Below are positions 40,553 through 48,823 of a DNA stretch of 64,000 nt, in pieces. Under the pieces are notes generated by a model that was not told the origin of the DNA, ran no database searches, and saw only the letters and a program-made list of their open reading frames with translations. A program made the translations under genes and the position numbers. The DNA is from Planctomycetota bacterium (GTDB taxonomy: Bacteria; Planctomycetota; UBA1135; UBA2386), in NCBI GenBank assembly GCA_046290465.1, contig JBKAGP010000001.1, positions 5,984,001 through 6,048,000 of the forward strand. Direction: 5' to 3'. Position 1 is the stretch's first letter. Every line of letters begins with the position of its first letter.

Positions 40553-41385
40553 TTCTTGCGGCCGACCACGATCGAGATCCAGGCCTCGTCCATGTCGCCG
40601 ACCTCCTTGCGGCGGAAGACGCCGTTGCCCTCCATGGTCTTGAGGTCGGTGCCTTCCCAGAGCACGTGCACGTCGTCGAAGCCGGCCTCCTCGAACAGCT
40701 CGCGGATCTCGGCGAGCGTCCACAGACGCCAGTCGTAGACGAACGCGTTCTTCATCATCGAGCCGTCGGGGAACTCGAAGTGGATGGCGCAGACGAACCG
40801 GTGGCTGATCGGGTCGTACGAGCGCTGCTCCCAGTGGTAGTCGAACCCTTCCTTCTCGGTGACGTCGGTGTTGGCCTGCATCACGTCCGGGCCGCCGAGC
40901 GCGTCCATGTAGAACACGCCGCCGGGCTTCAGCGACTTGTAGACCGCCTTGATGTAGGCGCCGAGCGCCTTGCGGGTCGTGAACACCTGGTAGCTGAAGT
41001 TCAGCGCCAGCACGCAGTCGACCTTGGGCCTCGTGACCTCGAGCACGTTCTTCTCGAGCAGCGTCAGGCGGCTCTGCTGCTCCTCGTCGAGCAGCACCTC
41101 GACGTTGTGCTCGATGCCCCAGTCGAGCGTCGGCCGGTGCAGGTCGACGCCGATGGCGGTGTTGTCCTTGTGGTTCTTCACGTGGTGGCACGCGAGGATC
41201 GCGGTGCCACAGAAGTCCTCGCGCAGCGAACGCAGGTCGCGACCGGTGTACTTCTTGAACCAGCGGGCGTAGGTCTTGGAGTCGACGTCGGGCGCCTGCA
41301 CCGACAGTTGGTAGAGCACGTGCTTGTCCGCCGTGCGCGCGGTCAGCGCCTTCTTCTTGGTCTTGGCCTGCTTCTTCGATGCCAT
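40549..41385 (-). CDS. Class I SAM-dependent methyltransferase
   Basis: LYQLSVQ, LREDFCGTA, IGVDL, ALNFSY, LKPGGVFYMD, FVYDWRLWT. Confidence 0.85.
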   Translation of the reverse strand: MASKKQAKTKKKALTARTADKHVLYQLSVQAPDVDSKTYARWFKKYTGRDLRSLREDFCGTAILACHHVKNHKDNTAIGVDLHRPTLDWGIEHNVEVLLDEEQQSRLTLLEKNVLEVTRPKVDCVLALNFSYQVFTTRKALGAYIKAVYKSLKPGGVFYMDALGGPDVMQANTDVTEKEGFDYHWEQRSYDPISHRFVCAIHFEFPDGSMMKNAFVYDWRLWTLAEIRELFEEAGFDDVHVLWEGTDLKTMEGNGVFRRKEVGDMDEAWISIVVGRKN

Positions 41386-41395
41386 GGCGCCCTTG

Positions 41396-43357
41396 TTACC
41401 GCACTCCGCGCCGCGACTCCACGGTGCAGTAGGCGGCGCCGACGCGGGTCGGGTGCGAGCCGTTCGGCGAACGGTCGATCGCCCACGGGCCGAGCATGCG
41501 GTCGCAGGCGATCAGCAGCACGGTGTCGGCGTCTGTGGTGTGCTTGTCCGGCACCTCGAAGGACTCGCCCTGGTAGCGCACGCACTTCGACAGCCGCACC
41601 TCGTCGAGCTTGCCCGCGAACTGCGACGTCGGCGCGCCGCTGCGGTTGACGTCGGCGCCGATCAAGAACGGCAGCGCATTGGCGCGGCGGCGACCGCTGC
41701 CGGCCTTGCGCGCGATCACCTTGCCGTCGAGGTAGAGCCGCACCTCGTTGCCGTCGAACACCCCGGCGACGTGGTGCCAGGTGCCGGGCTTCAGCACCGC
41801 CTCGGCGCTGCGCGCGGTGACGTAGCCCTTGCCGAGGTAGACCGAGAAGTCGAGCACGCCGTCGCTGCAGAAGATGCCGAACTCGCTGCTCTCGGTCTTG
41901 GCCAGCATGCCGCGGCGGCCTTGGAAGTCGTCGCCGTTGCACCAGCACTCGAGCGTGATCGGGCCGTCGGGCAGCGCGACCGCGTCGCTGTCGACCCGCA
42001 GGCAGCTGCGGCCGTCGAGCACCAGCACGCCGCCGTGCGCGGCCTCGAGCCGGTCGAGCCCCTGCGGCGGCGGCAGGTCGATCGTCATCGAGCGCGCCGG
42101 CAGGCCGACGCGGCGCTGCCGGGCGAGGTAGTCGCAGCGGACCTCCATCGTCGGCAGCGAGAACGGCGCGTCCGAGGCGCTGCGCTGGATCGCGAACGTG
42201 GTCGTGCCCTTGCTCTTCGGCGGCACCACCAGGTGCTGGTGGTCGGGGCCGAACGTCCACGGCGCACCGTCCTGCGGGATGACCTCGAGCTCGATCGCGC
42301 GCGAGCCGACATTCTCGAACTGCAGCGTCGCGACCGCGTCGACGGTGCCGTCGACGGTGATCGCCGGACCGTCGCCAGCGGCGACCAGGTTCTGCACCTG
42401 CGGCCGCAGGCTGCGGTGCACGGCCAGCGCTTCGCGCGCCATCTCGTCGGTGATCTCCTGCGGGTCCATCACGCCGCCGACCGGGATCGCGGCGACCTTG
42501 ATGCCCTCGGGGCGGACCGTGACGACGTGGTACTGGTGCAGGAAGCCCGCTTCGGGCGCATCCATGCCGAGGTGCGCGCCGACCGAGGCGACGGTGTAGT
42601 ACTCGATGCCGTCGCGCACGCCGCTGAAGCCCATGTAGTGGATGTGGCCCGCGAACACCGCGCGCACGTTGCCGTTGGCGGCGAGCGCCTCGTGCACCTT
42701 CTGCCAGTCGTCGCCGTACTGCTTCAGCCAGCGCGGATGGTGCAAGAACACGAACACGTGCCGGGCGTCCTTGGCCGTCTTCAGCGTGTCCTTCAGCCAC
42801 GAGAACTGCGCGTCGCTGATGCGCTGGCACGCGGGCTTGTTGAAGTTCTTCTCGCCGGTCTTCGGGTTGCCCTCGTCGGAGTAGAGCACGACGAACCAGC
42901 AGTCCTTGTGGTGCACCGCGTACCACAGCGGGCCGAACACGGTCTCGTAGTGCTGCTCGTGCTCGCCGTCGGGCTTGCCCGGTCCGCGCCAGTAGATGTC
43001 GTGGTTGCCGGCGACCGGATACCACGGCATGCGCAGCTTGCCCATCGAGGTCTTGTACTCGTCGGCCTGCGCCATCCACGGCTCGGTGGTGTTGTAGCCG
43101 TTGATCAGGTCGCCGACGGTCAGCACCAGGTCGGGGTCGAGCAGGTTGGTGTCGACCACGGCCTGGTCGAGCACCTTGATGCCCTCGGCGGGGCCGCCGG
43201 TGCGGTCGCCGAACACGACGAAACCGAATGCGTCGTCCTCCTTGGGCAGCTTCAGCAGCTGCTTGCCGGTGGGGCGGTTGGTCAGGATGCGCGGCGTCTT
43301 CTGCGCGACGACGGCGCTCGCCAGCGCGAGCAGGACACAGAGGGTGCGGACGAACAT
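41396..43357 (-). CDS. Exported calcineurin-like metallophosphoesterase with C-terminal LamG domain
   Basis: VFGD, VGDL, AGNHD, HHP, AGHIH; WHHVAGVFDG..LYLDG and GKLDEVRLS (LamG). Confidence 0.9.
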   Translation of the reverse strand: MFVRTLCVLLALASAVVAQKTPRILTNRPTGKQLLKLPKEDDAFGFVVFGDRTGGPAEGIKVLDQAVVDTNLLDPDLVLTVGDLINGYNTTEPWMAQADEYKTSMGKLRMPWYPVAGNHDIYWRGPGKPDGEHEQHYETVFGPLWYAVHHKDCWFVVLYSDEGNPKTGEKNFNKPACQRISDAQFSWLKDTLKTAKDARHVFVFLHHPRWLKQYGDDWQKVHEALAANGNVRAVFAGHIHYMGFSGVRDGIEYYTVASVGAHLGMDAPEAGFLHQYHVVTVRPEGIKVAAIPVGGVMDPQEITDEMAREALAVHRSLRPQVQNLVAAGDGPAITVDGTVDAVATLQFENVGSRAIELEVIPQDGAPWTFGPDHQHLVVPPKSKGTTTFAIQRSASDAPFSLPTMEVRCDYLARQRRVGLPARSMTIDLPPPQGLDRLEAAHGGVLVLDGRSCLRVDSDAVALPDGPITLECWCNGDDFQGRRGMLAKTESSEFGIFCSDGVLDFSVYLGKGYVTARSAEAVLKPGTWHHVAGVFDGNEVRLYLDGKVIARKAGSGRRRANALPFLIGADVNRSGAPTSQFAGKLDEVRLSKCVRYQGESFEVPDKHTTDADTVLLIACDRMLGPWAIDRSPNGSHPTRVGAAYCTVESRRGVR

Positions 43358-43477
43358 GCGCACAGCTTGGCTCGGCCGGGTGCGGTCCGGAAGGCGATGC
43401 CCGAGAAGATCGCGCCAAGGTGCGGCGCGCGGCCACCGACCCGGCGCGGTGGCCGGGGCATCGACGGGGCGCGCGCC

Positions 43478-43515
43478 AAAAAAAGCGGCCGCCCGGAGCG
43501 AGTCACCGGGCGGCC
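43478..43515 (-). terminator. Intrinsic terminator
   Basis: Minus strand GGCCGCCCGG-9nt-CCGGGCGGCC, then GC and T7. Confidence 0.85.
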
Positions 43516-43710
43516 CTGTTTCCCTTCCGTTCCCGAAGTTTCCGCCTCAATACCCGCGGGGCAGGCCATTGGACGGGAAGACGTCGGGGGGTGGCTCTGG
43601 CAAGCCGTGTGGCTATCGGGATAGCCGGTTCGAGGGGGAGCGAGAGGGAATTGGTTCGGTCGTTGCTCCTAGTTAGGCGCGTGCAAGCGGTGACGCGTCA
43701 GCCAGGAATG
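43478..43710 (-). ncRNA. Candidate sigma-54-dependent small RNA or attenuated leader (~230 nt)
   Basis: Bounded by a -24/-12 promoter and an intrinsic terminator; no credible ORF; internal hairpin GGCTATC/GATAGCC. Confidence 0.5.
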
Positions 43711-43720
43711 TGGATTTGAT

Positions 43721-43736
43721 TGCAAAGGGCGGGCCA
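43721..43736 (-). promoter_or_regulatory. Sigma-54 (-24/-12) promoter
   Basis: Minus strand TGGCCCGCCCTTTGCA, exact GG-N10-GC spacing. Confidence 0.65.
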
Positions 43737-43823
43737 ACGAGGGGGTGGTGTGCTCGGATGGCACCGCCGCCAGGATGTAAGAGGCGGAAACGTCACGGGG
43801 CTGTACCGCGGAAAACGAGAAAA

Positions 43824-44786
43824 ATGAGCAGCACGCAGAGCGACGCCCGGGGAATGCGCGTCGGCATCGTCGGTGCGGGGCGGACGCGCCAGGGCCTCGG
43901 CCCCTTCCTCGCGCGCTGGTTCGAAAAGGCCGGGGCGCGCGTGTCCGGGGTCTCTGGACGCGATCCGCTACGGAATCGTGACGCGGCCGTTTCGCTGGCG
44001 GAACAGTTGGGGCACGACGTGACCCCGTACGACGACGCGCGCACGCTGGCGCGCAACGTCGACGCGCTGGTCGTCGCCTGTCCGGTCGAGGGCCACGCCG
44101 ACGGCCTCGACGCGGCGCTCGCCGCCGGTGTGCCGTGCCTGTGCGAGAAGCCGTTCGTGCCGTGGTGCGACGCCGACGCCGGCCTCGAACGGGTCGCGGC
44201 GTTCCGGCGGCGCGGCCTGCTGCTCGCCGAGAACTGCCAGTGGCCGTTCGCGCTGGCGGCGCTCGACCAGCTGCACCCCGAGGTCCGGCGCACCCCGGTG
44301 CGCTCGCTGGTGATGCGCCTGTCGCCGGCGTGGCCGGGCCACGCGATGGTCGAGGATTCGCTGTCGCACGTGCTGAGCCTGCTGCAGGCGCTGGTGCCGC
44401 TGCCCGACGACGCGCGGGTCGTCGACGTCGCGCAGTCGGACGGCGGCGACGCGGCGGTCGCCAACGTGGTGCGGTTCGCTGTCGTCGGTGGCATCGACGA
44501 TGTCGCCGTCGAGCTCCTCCTGCAATGTTGTCCACAGCAGCCGCGGCCGGCGTGGTTCGCCGTCGACGGTGTGCGCCTCGATCGCGAACTCGGCGCCGAC
44601 TACGCGATCTCGTTCCGCAGCGGCGACGGGCGGCTCGTGAACGTGCAGGACCCGCTCGATGCGCTCGTGTATGGTTTCGTGGCAAACCTGAAGGCAAACC
44701 ACCGTGAACGAACCGACGCCCTCGCAGCCGCCATCGCCCTCCGCATCCGCCTCTACGCAGGCGTCCTCGCCGGCCTCCGCGGGTGA
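43824..44786 (+). CDS. Gfo/Idh/MocA-family oxidoreductase
   Basis: VGIVGAGR, DALVVACP..H, CLCEKP. Confidence 0.8.
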   Translation: MSSTQSDARGMRVGIVGAGRTRQGLGPFLARWFEKAGARVSGVSGRDPLRNRDAAVSLAEQLGHDVTPYDDARTLARNVDALVVACPVEGHADGLDAALAAGVPCLCEKPFVPWCDADAGLERVAAFRRRGLLLAENCQWPFALAALDQLHPEVRRTPVRSLVMRLSPAWPGHAMVEDSLSHVLSLLQALVPLPDDARVVDVAQSDGGDAAVANVVRFAVVGGIDDVAVELLLQCCPQQPRPAWFAVDGVRLDRELGADYAISFRSGDGRLVNVQDPLDALVYGFVANLKANHRERTDALAAAIALRIRLYAGVLAGLRG

Positions 44787-46014
44787 GTCGACGGGCAAGG
44801 CGGTCGAGCGGGTGCACGACTTCGCCGGCAAGCTGCAGCAGCCGAGCATGTGGCCGAAGGTGCTCGACTACGTCAAGTGGCAGCGCGCGCTGCGCAAGGC
44901 CGAGGCCGACGGCAAGCCGCTGCCGGACATGCCGGATCTCGCGCCGCTGTCGATCAACCTCGACCTGACCACCGCGTGCAACTACGCGTGTGACCACTGC
45001 ATCGACTGGGACATCCTCAACAGCAAGGAGAAGCACGAGGACGAGCAGCTGCGCGCGTCGATCGCGCGCATGGCCGAGCGCGGCCTGCGCAGCGTGATCC
45101 TGATCGGCGGCGGCGAGCCGACGCTGTATCCGGGGTTCGTCGAGTTCGTCGCATTCCTGAAGCAGCTCGGGCTGTCGGTCTCGGTCGTCACCAACGGCAG
45201 CCGCGGCGACCGCATCCTGAAGGCGGCGCCGTACTTCACCGAGGGGGACTGGGTGCGCCTGTCGCTCGACTCGGGCAGCAACGACACGTTCGTTCGCATG
45301 CACCACCCGTCGAAGAAGTCGCTGACGCTCGACGAGATCTGCAGCTGGATCCCCAAGATCAAGGCGGCCAACCCCAAGCTCGCCATGGGCTTCTCGTTCG
45401 TGATCACGTGGGTCGGCGGCAGCCGCGGCGACGTCAAGGTCGTCGAGAACATCGGCGAGATGGTGATGGCGGCGAAGCGCGCCTCGGACGCGCAGTTCGA
45501 CTACATCTCGTTCAAGCCGTTCCTCGAGCGGCAGGAGGACGGCGCCGAGGTCATGGACCCGGCCAAGAGCGAGGCCGAGCTGCAGGCGGTGATCGCCCGC
45601 ATCCAGCAGAACCTCGAGGAGGCGCGCGCCGCGGTGCGCGACGACTTCAAGGTGCTCGCCAGCACCAACCTGCGCGTGCTGATGAGCGGCACCTGGAAGG
45701 ACTACACCCACCAGCCGAAGGTCTGCCACATGCAGATGCTGCGCCAGGTGGTCACGCCGCTCGGCACCTACAACTGCCCGGCGCACCGCGGCGTGCAGAA
45801 GGCCAAGCTCGGCGACAAGAACCTCTGGGAGGTGCCGGCCGCAGGCCAGCACGACACCGCGCGCGTGCTCGCCGACTTCGACGCCAAGGCGGAGTGCGGT
45901 GAGGTGACCTGCCTCTACAACAGCACCAACTGGTGGCTCGAGGAACTGGTCGCCGCGAGCGCGGAGCTGCCCGAGGAAGCGCCGGGCCGCGAGAGCCGCG
46001 ACTGGTTCCTGTAG
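44704..46014 (+). CDS. Radical SAM enzyme with C-terminal twitch/SPASM-like cysteines
   Basis: CNYACDHC, IGGGEPT, VTNG, RLSLDS; C-terminal KVCH..YNCPAH..ECGEVTC. Start uncertain. Confidence 0.9.
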   Translation: MNEPTPSQPPSPSASASTQASSPASAGESTGKAVERVHDFAGKLQQPSMWPKVLDYVKWQRALRKAEADGKPLPDMPDLAPLSINLDLTTACNYACDHCIDWDILNSKEKHEDEQLRASIARMAERGLRSVILIGGGEPTLYPGFVEFVAFLKQLGLSVSVVTNGSRGDRILKAAPYFTEGDWVRLSLDSGSNDTFVRMHHPSKKSLTLDEICSWIPKIKAANPKLAMGFSFVITWVGGSRGDVKVVENIGEMVMAAKRASDAQFDYISFKPFLERQEDGAEVMDPAKSEAELQAVIARIQQNLEEARAAVRDDFKVLASTNLRVLMSGTWKDYTHQPKVCHMQMLRQVVTPLGTYNCPAHRGVQKAKLGDKNLWEVPAAGQHDTARVLADFDAKAECGEVTCLYNSTNWWLEELVAASAELPEEAPGRESRDWFL

Positions 46015-46148
46015 CGGGCCTGCTGTCCGGCTGGCCGTCGAGCTGGCTGCCTGGCTTTCCGGTGCCGTGGCCCTCGCGACGAGGGCCCGAAGGCCCTGCG
46101 GAGCTGCCGTCAGCCGTGCTGTCGACAGCAGGGCTCCGACAGCAGGAC

Positions 46149-48590
46149 CTACTGCGTGCCGAGCTTCAGCTCGACCCCGTTGGCGGTCCGCGCGCCGAGC
46201 GCGTTGACGGTCGGCGGCATCAGCACGACCCCCTGCGTCACGATGCTCGAACCCGACAGCGACGCCGTGTTCGGGATCGGCAGCGACCAGGTGTGCGAGC
46301 TCGAGAACACCGGGAAGCTCATCGTCTCGATGACCGCCGCCTGCGCGTAGAGGCGGCAGCCCGGCGCGCCGACGAAGCCGAGGTCGGTGCCGAACGGGAT
46401 CGTCTGGAAGCCGAGCACCACCAGCCCGATGCTCTGCGCGGGCTGCGGGATGTGGTCGAGCTGCAGGATCTGCGTGGTGCCGAGCAGCGGCCGGTTGACG
46501 CCGCTCCAGGCGAGCGGCGTCGCGTCGACCGACACCGACACCGGCATGCTGGCGCTGAAGTCCGTGTTCGGCGGCGTCTGGGTGTTGCCGCGCGTGAACG
46601 CCAGGATGCAATCGTCGGGCTGGTTGGGGATCTGCCGGTAGCGGTAGTCGACCGTGCCGTTCGGGTGGATCGCGATCTGCAGCGTATTGCCGGCGCCGGC
46701 CGGGCCCGCCGTGTAGGCCGGCACGTCGTTCCAGGTGAACACCGCCGAGCCGCCGACCACCTCGTAGTGGCAGCTGCCGCCGGCGGTCGGGTTCATGTCG
46801 AACCAGGCCGGACAGAAGCGCGCGCCGTTGCCGACCAGCTCGGCGATCGTCGGCGACCAGTCGGCCGCGGTCGACGACCCGAGCCAGACGTAGCCGTTGG
46901 TGCAGAAGCCGACCTGGTTGGTCGAGCCGCCCGGGTAAGACAGCGTGAACGGCAGCGTCACCTGGTGCACGTCGTCGTCGCCGAGGTTCAGGTTGCCGCT
47001 GCTCGGTGCGTTCCAGTTGGGCGCGCCGATCGCCATCGTGTAGCCGTTGCCGCTGGCGGTCGGCGTCAGGCGCACGTTGACCGCGAACGCCGACGTGCCG
47101 GCCAGGTCGAACTGGTTGGCCGAGAACAGTTCGGCGGCGGTGCCGAAGCTCTGGTAGCAGCCGGTGCCGTAGGCGACCGCCGCGGCGACGTCGCCGCCGC
47201 CGCTGCCGCCGAGCGTGTCGAGCACGGTGGCGCCGGTGCCGAGCGGGTCGAGCCAGTTGGACAGGCGCGAGCTGCTCGAGCCGCCGCCGGTCCACGACCG
47301 GAACATGCGGCCGTACCAGTCCGAGTCGTTGTTGCCGCAGGCCGCGTAGCCGCCGTGCAGCTGGCCGACGATGCGGTGGTTGCCGTCGAACAGCGGCGAG
47401 CCCGACGAGCCGGGCTCGGTCGTGCCGAGGTCCCAGTCGACGACGCGCACGTGCGAGCCGTTGTTGTTGGTGTTGTTGCCCAGGTAGTTGGTGATCTGCG
47501 TCGACTGGTTCTCGAACGAGATCTTCTTGGCATCGCCGCTCGGGTGGTGGATCGCGACCGCCGAGCCGTGCGTGCCCGAGCCGCGGTTCCAGCCAGCGTA
47601 GGTGACGCCCCAGGCCGGGTTCGGGGTGCCGTTCAGTTCGACCAGCGTGAAGTCCGAGGTGCTCCACGACGCGCGCCAGGTGGCGCCGATCGTGAACTGG
47701 TTGAGCGGCGCGTTGTTGCCGCCGCAGGTGGTGTTCTCGTAGTTCCAGTAGCAGACCAGCGACGGCGCCGCCCCCGACGAGATGCCGCAGTGGTTGGCGG
47801 TCAGGAAGAAGTTGCGGCCGTCCTGCGCGGTGTTGTTGATCATCGCGCCGGTGCAGAAGATCGAGCCGCCGGTCGAGTAGGCCGCGACCGACGAGATCTC
47901 GTCCTCCCAGCCCGATCCCTGCGAGCAGGTGACGTCGACGTTGCACGGGCCGCTGCCGTCGGTGTTGTTGCTCAGCGCGGTCGGGCCGGCACCGAAGAAC
48001 CGGTAGCCGGAGCCGACGTGCACCATGTCGAGCTGGACCTGGGCGACCGCCGCGGTCTGCACGTAGACCTCGCAGACGACGTCCTTGCCGTAGACGATCG
48101 GCGTCCACAGCTGCCCGGTCGGCTGGTGGTCGGTCTGGTCGAACGGCCGCACGACGCAGCTGCCGTCGGCGCTGTAGACCTGCATGCGCGCGCCGGCCGG
48201 CATCGCGAACGAACCGAACCCGAGGTTGACGTGCTCGGCCTCGGGGCAGCGGATGCGCAGCCGCCACAGCGACCACTTGCTGTCGAGCACCTCCCAGGTG
48301 CCGTGCGTCACCGGCGAGATCGACACGTCGTTGGCGATCGCGAAGCGGGCCGGCTGGCCGTTGCCGGCGCGGGCGACGTCCTCGGCGGCGATCTGCACGC
48401 GGTCGATCGCGGGCATCGTGACGCGCGCGACCGTGGCGAGCGGCGCGGCGTTGGGGTGCACGATGCCGATCGGCTGGGCGACGCCAGCGGTCGGCCCGCC
48501 CGCTTGGGCGGTCAGGGTCGGGGCGAACAGCGAGAACGTGCCGGCGAGAACGGCTGCCGCGACGGCGGCATGGGGCGAGGATCGGTCCAT
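46149..48590 (-). CDS. Secreted lysyl endopeptidase-like (Achromobacter protease I family) serine protease with C-terminal domain
   Basis: Signal peptide and propeptide; CTGAMINN, FLTANHC, DFTLVEL, IHHPSGD, TEPGSSGSPL, GQLHGG. Confidence 0.9.
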   Translation of the reverse strand: MDRSSPHAAVAAAVLAGTFSLFAPTLTAQAGGPTAGVAQPIGIVHPNAAPLATVARVTMPAIDRVQIAAEDVARAGNGQPARFAIANDVSISPVTHGTWEVLDSKWSLWRLRIRCPEAEHVNLGFGSFAMPAGARMQVYSADGSCVVRPFDQTDHQPTGQLWTPIVYGKDVVCEVYVQTAAVAQVQLDMVHVGSGYRFFGAGPTALSNNTDGSGPCNVDVTCSQGSGWEDEISSVAAYSTGGSIFCTGAMINNTAQDGRNFFLTANHCGISSGAAPSLVCYWNYENTTCGGNNAPLNQFTIGATWRASWSTSDFTLVELNGTPNPAWGVTYAGWNRGSGTHGSAVAIHHPSGDAKKISFENQSTQITNYLGNNTNNNGSHVRVVDWDLGTTEPGSSGSPLFDGNHRIVGQLHGGYAACGNNDSDWYGRMFRSWTGGGSSSSRLSNWLDPLGTGATVLDTLGGSGGGDVAAAVAYGTGCYQSFGTAAELFSANQFDLAGTSAFAVNVRLTPTASGNGYTMAIGAPNWNAPSSGNLNLGDDDVHQVTLPFTLSYPGGSTNQVGFCTNGYVWLGSSTAADWSPTIAELVGNGARFCPAWFDMNPTAGGSCHYEVVGGSAVFTWNDVPAYTAGPAGAGNTLQIAIHPNGTVDYRYRQIPNQPDDCILAFTRGNTQTPPNTDFSASMPVSVSVDATPLAWSGVNRPLLGTTQILQLDHIPQPAQSIGLVVLGFQTIPFGTDLGFVGAPGCRLYAQAAVIETMSFPVFSSSHTWSLPIPNTASLSGSSIVTQGVVLMPPTVNALGARTANGVELKLGTQ

Positions 48591-48823
48591 GGGATGAGGA
48601 GGGCGCCTGATGGCGCAGGCGCTTCGTCTCTTCGACGTAACGAGCGCCGGGACGGGTTCCCCGAACTGCGCGTCGCCAGGGGAGCCTACGACCTGCGGCC
48701 GCGCGAGGCGGCGCGGTCGGCTCGACCCTCGGCCCCGCCGGCCCGATCGCGGCGGCGGCCGGCGCCGTCGAGGCGTCGCTGCCAGCGAGCCTTCGGCCGC
48801 GCGCCGGCAGCGCATCCGAGTCG

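Noticed and set aside
43282..43569. 95-aa ORF explaining the sigma-54 transcript
   Set aside because: It reads through the terminator, overlaps the next gene out of frame and lacks an RBS.
43520..43710. Cobalamin riboswitch or 6S RNA
   Set aside because: I could not find the B12-box or a convincing 6S rod by eye; left unassigned pending an Rfam scan.
46016..46148. Nested CCTGCTGTC/GACAGCAGG palindromes
   Set aside because: Most simply terminator-like structure between convergent genes; no further evidence.
48645..48672. GGAAC..CGTC ECF-like promoter upstream of the lysyl endopeptidase
   Set aside because: Single short match with atypical spacing in GC-rich DNA; could be chance.
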